Position numbers and translations under genes: made by a program. Shown here piece by piece: positions 19,374-27,799 of a stretch of 64,000 bases of DNA; position 1 is the first letter of the stretch, and the number at the start of each line of letters is the position of its first letter. Source of the DNA: Chamaesiphon sp. (GTDB lineage Bacteria; Cyanobacteriota; Cyanobacteriia; Cyanobacteriales; Chamaesiphonaceae); NCBI GenBank assembly GCA_965246715.1, contig CBDFFH010000005.1, positions 256,001-320,000 on the forward strand. The letters run 5' to 3'. The notes beneath the pieces are model-generated. The model did no database searches. It was not told the origin of the DNA and saw nothing but the letters and a program-made list of their open reading frames with translations.

Positions 19374-20969
19374 ATGGAAATCATGATTGCCCAACATTAT
19401 GATGTGATTATTATCGGTACTGGTGCAGGCGGTGGTACCCTAGCGCATCATTTGGCTCCCAGCGGTAAAAAGATCTTAGTTCTCGAACGCGGCACATTCC
19501 TCCCCAGAGAAAAAGAAAACTGGAGTGCGCTGGAAGTTTACCAACGAGAACGATATCACACCCAGGAACAGTGGTTTGACACCAAAGATCGCGCCTTCCG
19601 TCCGGCGACGAACTATTGTGTGGGCGGTAACACAAAAGTCTATGGTGCGGCTCTGCTCAGAATGCGCGAACGGGATTTTGAAGAGGTAGTACACAAGGAT
19701 GGCATTTCGCCAGCGTGGGGGCTGAAATATGCCGATTTTGCCCCATATTACGATCGAGCAGAGCAACTTTATGACGTACATGGGCAAGCAGGTAGCGACC
19801 CCACCGAACCCACACGCAATCAGCCCTATCCTTACCCGCCAGTCAGTCACGAACTCCGAATGCAAGAGCTAGCGGATGGCTTTGGCAATGTCGGTTTGCA
19901 CCCCTTCAATCTACCATTGGGCTTGAAACTCAATGAAGTCGATCGAAGCTTGGGTAACTGCATTCGCTGTAATACTTGCGACGGTTTTCCCTGTCTGACG
20001 CAAGGGAAGGCTGATGCTGATGTCAATTGTATCGAACCGATTCGCCACAATAGTAACGTCACTTTGCTAACGGAAGCTAAGGTGACTCGCTTGCTGACTA
20101 ATGCTTCTGGGCGAGAAGTAACGCAAGTAGAAACAGAAATTGACGGGAAATTACAGACTTTTAGTGGCGATATTATTGTAGTTGCTTGTGGAGCGATTAA
20201 CTCGGCGGCATTACTATTGCGATCGAGTAACGACAAGCACCCCAATGGTTTGGCAAATAGTTCCGATTTAGTGGGACGCAATCTCATGAAACATATTTGC
20301 ACAGCGTTGGTACAACTCAGTCCTACATTCAATCCCGCAGTTTTTCAAAAAACCATCTGTATCAGCGATTTCTACTGGGGGGAACCCGACTTTCCCTACC
20401 CGATGGGTTTAATTCAAAATACAGGCAACGTCTTGGCGGATATGTTGCCAGCCGAAGCCCCAGCACTCCTAGCTCCACTGCTCAAACTGCGCCCAGAGGC
20501 AGAACTCAAGACCTTTGCCGATCGCACCGTCGGCTGGTGGCTGCAAACTGAAGACTTGCCAGATCCTAAAAATCGGGTGCGCGTTGATGGGGAGCGGCTG
20601 TATATGGACTATACACCGAATAATTTAGAGGCAAGTAACCGCCTAGTCACCCGCTGGATTGACACGCTCAAACAAGTCGATCGAGCAGAGCATACGATTC
20701 CCTTTAGTATCTATCCGCGCAACACGATGACGCTACCATCCGTGGGGCACCAGTGCGGTACTTGTAGCTTTGGCACAGATCCTACCACTTCAGTCCTAGA
20801 TTTGAACTGTCGCACCCACGATCTGGACAACCTCTATGTGGTCGATGGCAGCTTCTTTCCCTCCAGTTCGGCTGTCAATCCCACCTTGACGATTATTGCC
20901 AATGCTTTGCGAGTGGGAGATATTCTACTCGATTCTCATTCTGAGAGGCTACGCCAACGGCTGAAATAG
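19374..20969 (+). CDS. GMC family oxidoreductase
   Basis: GTGAGG, GGNTKVYGA, HQCGT and NPTLTIIANALRV motifs. Confidence 0.92.
   Translation: MEIMIAQHYDVIIIGTGAGGGTLAHHLAPSGKKILVLERGTFLPREKENWSALEVYQRERYHTQEQWFDTKDRAFRPATNYCVGGNTKVYGAALLRMRERDFEEVVHKDGISPAWGLKYADFAPYYDRAEQLYDVHGQAGSDPTEPTRNQPYPYPPVSHELRMQELADGFGNVGLHPFNLPLGLKLNEVDRSLGNCIRCNTCDGFPCLTQGKADADVNCIEPIRHNSNVTLLTEAKVTRLLTNASGREVTQVETEIDGKLQTFSGDIIVVACGAINSAALLLRSSNDKHPNGLANSSDLVGRNLMKHICTALVQLSPTFNPAVFQKTICISDFYWGEPDFPYPMGLIQNTGNVLADMLPAEAPALLAPLLKLRPEAELKTFADRTVGWWLQTEDLPDPKNRVRVDGERLYMDYTPNNLEASNRLVTRWIDTLKQVDRAEHTIPFSIYPRNTMTLPSVGHQCGTCSFGTDPTTSVLDLNCRTHDLDNLYVVDGSFFPSSSAVNPTLTIIANALRVGDILLDSHSERLRQRLK
20934..20957 (-). mobile_element. 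24-nt small dispersed repeat inserted at CG^ATCG
   Basis: Reverse strand CG|TTGGCGTAGCCTCTCAGAATGAGA|ATCG; removal gives the C-terminus LDRLK*. Confidence 0.75.
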
Positions 20970-20980
20970 CCATCCTAAAA

Positions 20981-21008
20981 GCACTCTGACAATTTTATGA
21001 CAGAGTGC
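20981..21008 (+). terminator. Putative terminator hairpin
   Basis: GCACTCTG-N12-CAGAGTGC just after the GMC stop codon. Confidence 0.45.
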
Positions 21009-21080
21009 GATCTCAAATTTTGGGTCGGGGTTTAGCTGAATATCCTCTAAATTAAGATCCTTAATTTATTCACCGCTATT

Positions 21081-21135
21081 TCTTATCAATTTCTCAGGAA
21101 TCTATCAAGACAGACTCAGGTAAGAGCCTCATAGT
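21081..21135 (+). promoter_or_regulatory. 11-bp-periodic direct-repeat box plus -10 element
   Basis: TCTTAT/TCTCAG/TATCAA/ACTCAG at 21081/21092/21103/21114, then N10-CATAGT. Confidence 0.7.
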
Positions 21136-21173
21136 AGTAGTAATCAAGTTAAACAACTAAGAGGTTATCACTT

Positions 21174-21536
21174 ATGAAACACTTTGCACTTATCGGTTTA
21201 TCAATCCTTTGTCTATCTTTAGCTGCAACTACATCTGTAAAAGCAGAAACCAGAACCGAACGGATTGCGATGTCTACAGCAACGATCATTAATAATCCTG
21301 TTGTCACCAAAAAAATCACTCCATTTAGATTAGTTTCGCTTGCTTATCAAGGTGAGTATCGGACACAAGGCATTCCTGGGTTTGCAGCATTCCAATTTGC
21401 TACTTCTAATCAGACAATTACTGCCAAAGATTTAGTTAAAGCAGCAATCGCTGCCAATCAATTATCTCCAGATGCTCAAACCGACAGTGGTTATCTCAAT
21501 GCTGTCGAGCAGCAACTATTGTCTACAGACAACTAA
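21174..21536 (+). CDS. Secreted hypothetical protein, family A copy 2
   Basis: Signal peptide; paralog of 10895 and 21678. Confidence 0.82.
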   Translation: MKHFALIGLSILCLSLAATTSVKAETRTERIAMSTATIINNPVVTKKITPFRLVSLAYQGEYRTQGIPGFAAFQFATSNQTITAKDLVKAAIAANQLSPDAQTDSGYLNAVEQQLLSTDN

Positions 21537-21587
21537 TCAATCTAGCTAGTAACTTTATTCGACATCCTTAATTTACACACCGCTATT

Positions 21588-21642
21588 TCTTATCAAATTC
21601 TCAGCAATCGATCGCTATTATCTCAGGCAAGAGTCTGATGAT
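21588..21642 (+). promoter_or_regulatory. Duplicated repeat-box promoter
   Basis: TCTTAT 21588, TCTCAG 21599, TCTCAG 21621, then N10-GATGAT; near copy of 21081-21135. Confidence 0.65.
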
Positions 21643-21677
21643 AGTAATTAAGTTAAACAACTAAGAGGTTATCACTT

Positions 21678-22136
21678 ATGAAACGCTTTGCACTTGTCGG
21701 TTTGTCAATTCTCTGTCTATCTTTAGCTACAACTACAGCCGTAAAAGCAGGTACCAGAACCGAACGTATCGCTATGTCAACGGAGACAGTAACAGTAACT
21801 ACAATCGGCAACACGCAACTCACCCCGTTTGCATTGCCACTACGAGCAGGAACCAGAACCGGACTTACTGCGATGTCCACAGCAACGATCGGTAGCAATC
21901 TGGCAAGCACAAAACTTACTCCATTTGGATTAGTTTCTCTTGCTTACCAAGGTGGGTATCAGACGCAGGGTATTCCTGGATTTGGTTCATTCAAAACTGG
22001 TGTTTCTAGCAAAACAATTACTGCTAAAGATTTAGTTAAAGCAGCAATCGCCTCAAATCAATTATCGCCAGATACCCAAACAGACAGTGGTTATCTCAAT
22101 GCTGTCGATCTACAATTATCGAGCACACGACAATAA
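21678..22136 (+). CDS. Secreted hypothetical protein, family A copy 3 (tandem duplicate with internal repeat)
   Basis: Same RBS/leader as 21174; AGTRT...AMST occurs twice. Confidence 0.82.
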   Translation: MKRFALVGLSILCLSLATTTAVKAGTRTERIAMSTETVTVTTIGNTQLTPFALPLRAGTRTGLTAMSTATIGSNLASTKLTPFGLVSLAYQGGYQTQGIPGFGSFKTGVSSKTITAKDLVKAAIASNQLSPDTQTDSGYLNAVDLQLSSTRQ

Positions 22137-22197
22137 TCGATCTAGCTGCTAATTATGGGTTATGGCAAACAGATAAAAGGCTAGAATAAATTGTAAA

Positions 22198-24213
22198 ATG
22201 AGTATCGAATTTGGGCGAGAAATCTGTGGCAATCTGAGTAATGCCCAAACGCGAGAATGGCTAGTCACTAATGGGATTGGTGGTTATGCTTCCGGCAATG
22301 TCGCTGGATTACTCACCCGTCGCTATCATGGCTTACTCATCGCCGCATTAAAACCACCCTTGGGTCGGACTTTGTTACTTGCCAAACTGGATGAAACGGT
22401 CGGATATGACAATATTACTTATGCTCTCCACACAAATCGCTGGGCAGATGGTAGTGTCGAGCCGCACGGATATCGCCACATTGAAAGCTTTAAATTAGAA
22501 GGCACCATCCCCACTTGGCAGTTCGCTTGTGCGGATGCCCTGTTGGAAAAACGGATCTGGGTGCAGCACGGAGCCAACACGACCTACGTTCGCTATACAT
22601 TAAGCTGTGCTACTCAACCGCTAATCCTCACCCTCAAAGCTTTAGTCAATTACCGAGATTATCATGGTAGTACTCAGGGTAACAACTGGCAGATGAATGT
22701 CGAGCGAATCGAAGGCGGTATTAAGATCGCTGCCTATGATAATGCGACACCGTTATACTTATCGAGCGATACTGCCACTGCCACACCCGCCCATAATTGG
22801 CACTATAACTTCGATCTAGCCGCCGAACGATATCGAGGATTGAGCGATCGCGAAGACCACCTTCACGCCGCTACCTTCACAGTTACACTCAATCCTGGTG
22901 AATCGTTGACATTTGTGGCTAGCACAGGACCACAGCCGAATTTAGATGGGGCAAAAGCACTCAGATCGTACCAAGATCGAGAGCATAAGCTGCTCAATCT
23001 GTGGAAACTCAACCGACCAGAAAGCATTACCCACAAACAAGATCGTCCGGCTTGGATCGAGCAATTGGTATTAGCCGCCGACCAATTTATCGTAGATCGA
23101 TCGATTCCGAATATATCCAATGGTAAAACCATCATTGCTGGCTACCACTGGTTTGGAGACTGGGGACGCGATACGATGATTAGTCTACCTGGATTGACGA
23201 TCGCGACGGGTAGATCGGAAATTGCCCGTTCTATTCTGCTCACCTTCGCTAAGTATGTCGATAAAGGAATGCTGCCAAATCGTTTTCCTGATGCGGGTGA
23301 TGTGCCTGAATACAATGCTGTCGATGCCACGCTCTGGTACTTTGAGGCAATTCGCAGTTACTACGATGCTACCGCTGACGATGAATTGTTAGAACAACTC
23401 TTTCCCGTACTGGCAGAGATTATCGATTGGCACTGTCGCGGCACTCGGTACAATATTCATCTCGATGCTGGCGATGGGTTACTCTATGCTGGCGAAGCGG
23501 GCGTACAATTGACTTGGATGGATGCCAAAGTTGATGATTGGGTAGTGACACCGCGCATTGGTAAACCGATCGAAGTTAATGCTCTTTGGTACTGTGCATT
23601 GCGATCGATCTCCAAGTTTGCCCGTCAGCTTGGCAAACCCTATAAAAAATATGACGCGATTGCAGATCGGACTTCGATCGAGTTTTCCCGATTCTGGAAC
23701 GCCGATACTGGCTATTGCCATGATGTCCTCGATAGTCCCGATGGCGATGATGCGTCCCTACGTCCAAATCAAATCTTTGCTGTATCCTTACCAGGCATCG
23801 GCGCAAAAGGTTATGCACCACTACTCACCCCAACTCAACAACGCGGGGTTGTCGATACTTGCGGACGATCGTTGTTGACTTCATATGGCTTGCGTTCGCT
23901 AGCTCCCAGTCATTCCCAATATCAGGGGCATTATGGCGGAAATCAGTTGCAGCGCGATGGAGCTTATCATCAGGGTACTACTTGGGGCTGGTTGTTAGGT
24001 TCGTTTGTATTGGCACATTTGCAGGTATATGGCGATCGATTACAGGCTAGAAAATTCTTAGAACCGATCGCTCATCACTTGCTGGCTGACGGTTTGGGCA
24101 CTTGTAGCGAAATCTTCGATGGGGATGCGCCGATGACCGCGCGTGGTTGTATCGCTCAAGCTTGGACTGTTGCTGAGGTACTACGGGCTTGGGTAGCAAC
24201 TGAAAATCGCTAA
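22198..24213 (+). CDS. Amylo-alpha-1,6-glucosidase (archaeal-type glycogen debranching enzyme)
   Basis: REWLVTNGIGGYA, AGYHWFGDWGRDTMI, TWMDA, RPNQ and QAW motifs. Confidence 0.9.
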   Translation: MSIEFGREICGNLSNAQTREWLVTNGIGGYASGNVAGLLTRRYHGLLIAALKPPLGRTLLLAKLDETVGYDNITYALHTNRWADGSVEPHGYRHIESFKLEGTIPTWQFACADALLEKRIWVQHGANTTYVRYTLSCATQPLILTLKALVNYRDYHGSTQGNNWQMNVERIEGGIKIAAYDNATPLYLSSDTATATPAHNWHYNFDLAAERYRGLSDREDHLHAATFTVTLNPGESLTFVASTGPQPNLDGAKALRSYQDREHKLLNLWKLNRPESITHKQDRPAWIEQLVLAADQFIVDRSIPNISNGKTIIAGYHWFGDWGRDTMISLPGLTIATGRSEIARSILLTFAKYVDKGMLPNRFPDAGDVPEYNAVDATLWYFEAIRSYYDATADDELLEQLFPVLAEIIDWHCRGTRYNIHLDAGDGLLYAGEAGVQLTWMDAKVDDWVVTPRIGKPIEVNALWYCALRSISKFARQLGKPYKKYDAIADRTSIEFSRFWNADTGYCHDVLDSPDGDDASLRPNQIFAVSLPGIGAKGYAPLLTPTQQRGVVDTCGRSLLTSYGLRSLAPSHSQYQGHYGGNQLQRDGAYHQGTTWGWLLGSFVLAHLQVYGDRLQARKFLEPIAHHLLADGLGTCSEIFDGDAPMTARGCIAQAWTVAEVLRAWVATENR

Positions 24214-24243
24214 GATTAAATAAATTCCTAGATCGACTTCAAT

Positions 24244-25080
24244 ATGCCTATTTCACGCCGTCAATTTGTCGTTGCTAGCACTTTTACCGTAGGTTTTGCC
24301 TTGGCGGTACAGCCGATTGTCAACAGTGCCATTCAAACTAGTAACAAAAACTTAGTTAGTGGTTCAATTTCTATTCCCAGTGGCACAGGTGCGATTTCAG
24401 CTTATTATGCCGCGCCTGCGAAGGGCGATGGGTTTCCGGTAGTGTTGGTGATTCAAGAAATTTTTGGCGTTCACGAGCATATTCGCGATGTAGTGCGCCG
24501 ATTTGCCCAACTTGGATATGTCGCGATCGCACCAGAACTCTTTGCCCGTCAGGGTGATGTCAGCAAACTCAAAGACATTGATGAGATCCGCAAGATTGTC
24601 GCGAAAGTTCCCGATGTCCAGGTGTTAGCAGATATCGATGCTAGCTTAAATTGGGTCGTCCAAAATGCCAAAGGCTCGATCGAGCGGGTGGCAATTACCG
24701 GATTTTGTTGGGGTGGACGCATTACTTGGCTCTATGCGGCACATAATCCCAACATCAAGGCTGGAGTTGCTTGGTACGGTAAACTAACAGGCGATAAAAA
24801 TGCGCTCAATCCTCAGCAGCCGATCGATATTGCTGCAAATCTAACGGTACCTGTATTAGGACTCTATGGTGGACAAGATACCGGAATTCCAATAGATTCG
24901 GTCGAATTAACCCGCCAACAACTTCAAAAAGGTAGAAGTGGTTCCCAGATCGTTGTTTACCCTGATGCTCCTCACGCATTTTTTGCCGACTATCGCCCTT
25001 CCTATCGTCAAAAGGATGCTCAAGATGGCTGGAAACGTCTACAGGCTTGGTTTAAAGCTAAAGGGGTAGCACCGAACTAA
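24244..25080 (+). CDS. Dienelactone hydrolase family protein
   Basis: QEIFG, GFCWGG nucleophile motif, H.F.ADYR; SRRQF Tat-like N-terminus. Confidence 0.92.
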   Translation: MPISRRQFVVASTFTVGFALAVQPIVNSAIQTSNKNLVSGSISIPSGTGAISAYYAAPAKGDGFPVVLVIQEIFGVHEHIRDVVRRFAQLGYVAIAPELFARQGDVSKLKDIDEIRKIVAKVPDVQVLADIDASLNWVVQNAKGSIERVAITGFCWGGRITWLYAAHNPNIKAGVAWYGKLTGDKNALNPQQPIDIAANLTVPVLGLYGGQDTGIPIDSVELTRQQLQKGRSGSQIVVYPDAPHAFFADYRPSYRQKDAQDGWKRLQAWFKAKGVAPN

Positions 25081-25341
25081 TTTAGTCGATCGCAGCGCAG
25101 ATAAAACCCCACATCCATGAGTGGAAGGAGTTTTTAGAGTTTGAGGATATGAGAAGGCAACTTTAAGGGGAGTTGAAATTGAGAGTTTTGATGATATAGG
25201 GTGGTTGATGGGTTGGCTAGAGTGGGTTTTGCGAGATATAGGACGTAACGCCAGTAATCTGGATCACTAAACATGTCACGAATATCGTATAGAATTATTA
25301 TTAAAGCTCAGTAACAGAATCTAGGGATAGTTGACCCAGCT

Positions 25342-25560
25342 ATGCAGTTTGACTTGCTTGTTGATTTGAGGAAGAAACATGAAGAGGGGATCTACACCCG
25401 CAGAGGCTATATCTTAGAAGCTTGCAATACCCTTCAAGTTGATGTAGCCACGGTTGATAGAAAATGGCTAGCCAATCAGTTGGGGATTAGTTATACATCA
25501 CTCACAAGCCAGATATGCCAGATGAGGAAAAGAGGATTAGTTGATTTCCGAAATAACTAA
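25342..25560 (+). CDS. Small hypothetical protein, possibly winged-helix
   Basis: WLANQLGISYTSL..QICQMRKRGLV resembles an HTH. Confidence 0.45.
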   Translation: MQFDLLVDLRKKHEEGIYTRRGYILEACNTLQVDVATVDRKWLANQLGISYTSLTSQICQMRKRGLVDFRNN

Positions 25561-25612
25561 CAAAAACCATTGCCGAATTTATTGAGACAACTGTTATACA
25601 AGAAATTGAATT

Positions 25613-26017
25613 ATGAGTGAAAATTTACATTCTATTGGGACATATCACGTTACAATAGGTTCTTTGGGTAGATCTACAGTAGTAGAGCCTTCGAGCAAAT
25701 CTCTTATCTCTTTTGATAAAGGCAATTTTGAAGCTTCAACTTATTCCAAATCAAACTTTAAAGCTCTAAGTAATTTTGTTATTTCATCCGAATCTAAGTT
25801 TGAAGAAAAGAGCGATATTCCATTGATTGAGTCTGCCGAAAAGCCAGATAATCAAATTGAAGAGGCTCAACTCGATCTATTCTTAGATAGTATATTCTTG
25901 GCACTAGAAGATACTGATAAAAGTATTGAGGTAATGCAAGAGTCAATTGATTCTAATAAGAAAGATATTCGAGAAATGCTCGATCGTATTAAGGAATTAG
26001 TTGTTAATGCTCGATAA
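25613..26017 (+). CDS. Hypothetical protein, acidic with coiled-coil C-terminus
   Basis: 134-aa AT-rich ORF that overlaps the next ORF. Confidence 0.6.
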   Translation: MSENLHSIGTYHVTIGSLGRSTVVEPSSKSLISFDKGNFEASTYSKSNFKALSNFVISSESKFEEKSDIPLIESAEKPDNQIEEAQLDLFLDSIFLALEDTDKSIEVMQESIDSNKKDIREMLDRIKELVVNAR

Positions 26018-26366
26018 AGCTTGGGAGTATACAAAACAGCTAATTGCCCTTAAAGGTCAAGTTGACAAGAGTACATCGGATCTTAAAGAATTAAGTAGAG
26101 ATCTCAAAGAACTTACTACATTGGTTAGAGATTTGGCTGAATCTAATAGAGAGATTAGAACTTTATTCAATCATCTTAAAGAAACAGAAAAAAGTGAAAG
26201 AGAAAATCTACGAAAAGACTTCCAATCACTTGAGAGAGAGCAACGTCACTCCCAAGAGAATCTTATGCTGAAGTTGCAGATTGCCATTCAAGAAGCACAG
26301 CTTTCTCGTCTCCCCCGACATGGTGAATCTGCACAATTGCCGGAAGGGCGTGATAAGCCCGAATAA
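26007..26366 (+). CDS. Hypothetical coiled-coil protein
   Basis: Heptad-rich ORF; ATG at 26007 overlaps the end of the upstream ORF. Confidence 0.65.
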   Translation: MLDKAWEYTKQLIALKGQVDKSTSDLKELSRDLKELTTLVRDLAESNREIRTLFNHLKETEKSERENLRKDFQSLEREQRHSQENLMLKLQIAIQEAQLSRLPRHGESAQLPEGRDKPE

Positions 26367-26575
26367 TCAATCTACTTTAGAGCAATTATCCATAACTCAA
26401 TCTCACTGCCTCCGAAATAGCACGAACGATAATTCCAATTCCGCGAATACCGATCGGATCGGCTGCTCGAATCACCCGTAGCACAGCATCGCGAAACCAC
26501 GTATGTCCCGATCCTAGCTGTCTCGATCGAGTTTAGGAATGGACATAAAATTATCTCCACTCCTAAAAATCACTG

Positions 26576-26971
26576 CTATCCTCGCTTGGGCATTTCACTC
26601 ACAATTGAGACCAAAACGCCGTTACAATCGCGTACCCGTGAAATTGTCTGTCCCCAAGGCATTTGGTGCGGTTCGACCACACTAATTGCTCCGGCACTAA
26701 TTGCTCGATCGAAGGCTTGCGGCACATTCTCGGCAATAAAGGAAATTTGGATGCCAGCCGGATCTTGAGCTATTTGATTTTCCCGAAATGGAATTGGCAG
26801 TTCGCTCCGCTCATTGCGATTGGCTCCAAATGCTAGGGAAACTTCACCTGTCTGCATTTGAGCAAAATTGGGCGTGACGACTGCTCGTTGGATGTCAAAG
26901 GCGCGTTCGTAGAACTCGACGGTATTAACTACATCTTCGACAAAAATAATTGTGTAACCAAATTTCATCAT
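26576..26971 (-). CDS. VOC/glyoxalase family protein
   Basis: I.VEDV...EFY..AF and MPWGQ....VRD.NG motifs. Confidence 0.9.
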   Translation of the reverse strand: MMKFGYTIIFVEDVVNTVEFYERAFDIQRAVVTPNFAQMQTGEVSLAFGANRNERSELPIPFRENQIAQDPAGIQISFIAENVPQAFDRAISAGAISVVEPHQMPWGQTISRVRDCNGVLVSIVSEMPKRG

Positions 26972-27059
26972 TTTGCTCCAAGTTTGTATGTTTAAACGAT
27001 AGTTGTTAAAACAAGTATTTGTGCTTACATAGGCTTAAATCCCTTGAATTAACTGACTG

Positions 27060-27548
27060 TCAATCTTTTTGAGGATATCTAGCTTCCACCAGCAACTCAT
27101 TCAACAAATTCAGCTTCTCTGGATTCATGTGCTCCAGTTGTTGGTGATGAAGAGTCTGCAATAACGGGTCGATGACTTCAACTTTCTGGTATCCAGCAGT
27201 TGTAATCTTGACCCAAATCACTCGGCGATCGCGATCGTCTCGGATGCGCTCGACTAATTTCATCTTTTCCAATCGATCGATTAATCGAGTTAAATCTGGA
27301 TCGTTGGCGAGCATATATTTTGCAATCGACTGACTGGGAATACCCTGTGTCCCGGCTAACATGACTACCCGCAGCACATTATAAAGTGGTGCTGAAAGTT
27401 CGTACTCTCGAAACAATTTGACAAATTCGGCCTCTAGCACTGCATGTGTGCGAATTAGATTGAGATACACCTCCTGTTCCAGAACTGCAAAGGGTTCGGA
27501 CTTATCGAGTTCTTGTTGTAAGTTTAGTTTGTTTGTGCCTTCACTCAT
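27060..27548 (-). CDS. MarR family transcriptional regulator
   Basis: DLTRLIDRLEK..LV.R.RD..DRR...V.IT. Confidence 0.9.
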   Translation of the reverse strand: MSEGTNKLNLQQELDKSEPFAVLEQEVYLNLIRTHAVLEAEFVKLFREYELSAPLYNVLRVVMLAGTQGIPSQSIAKYMLANDPDLTRLIDRLEKMKLVERIRDDRDRRVIWVKITTAGYQKVEVIDPLLQTLHHQQLEHMNPEKLNLLNELLVEARYPQKD

Positions 27549-27636
27549 ACTGTCGAATATATCATACGAGGATAGTCGTGTCAACAACTATCTGTAAGCA
27601 TTGATTATGCGTCGCTCCAGGAAGATGTGTAGAGCG

Positions 27637-27702
27637 TTTCATCAAATTCTCATTCTAATCTCAGGATTGGTTCAGGACTGGCTCAGATCGATCGGGCATG
27701 AT
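27637..27702 (+). promoter_or_regulatory. Five-copy 11-bp-periodic repeat box plus -10 element
   Basis: TTTCAT/TCTCAT/TCTCAG/GTTCAG/GCTCAG at 27637/27648/27659/27670/27681, then N10-CATGAT. Confidence 0.75.
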
Positions 27703-27799
27703 TGTGGTGTAGATGTGAAACCTAATTAATCAACTATCGCTGGTGTAGCGATTTCGATGGCTGCACTAGCCTTTTCTTAAAAAGATCGGGAGCACAACA

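Noticed and set aside
25085..25260. Possible IS end (GGACGTAACGCCAG) beside the AT-rich trio
   Set aside because: No partner inverted repeat or transposase fragment found.
26372..26560. Possible GNAT acetyltransferase remnant
   Set aside because: Only a few residues (MSIPKL/ETAR) are suggestive, across broken frames.
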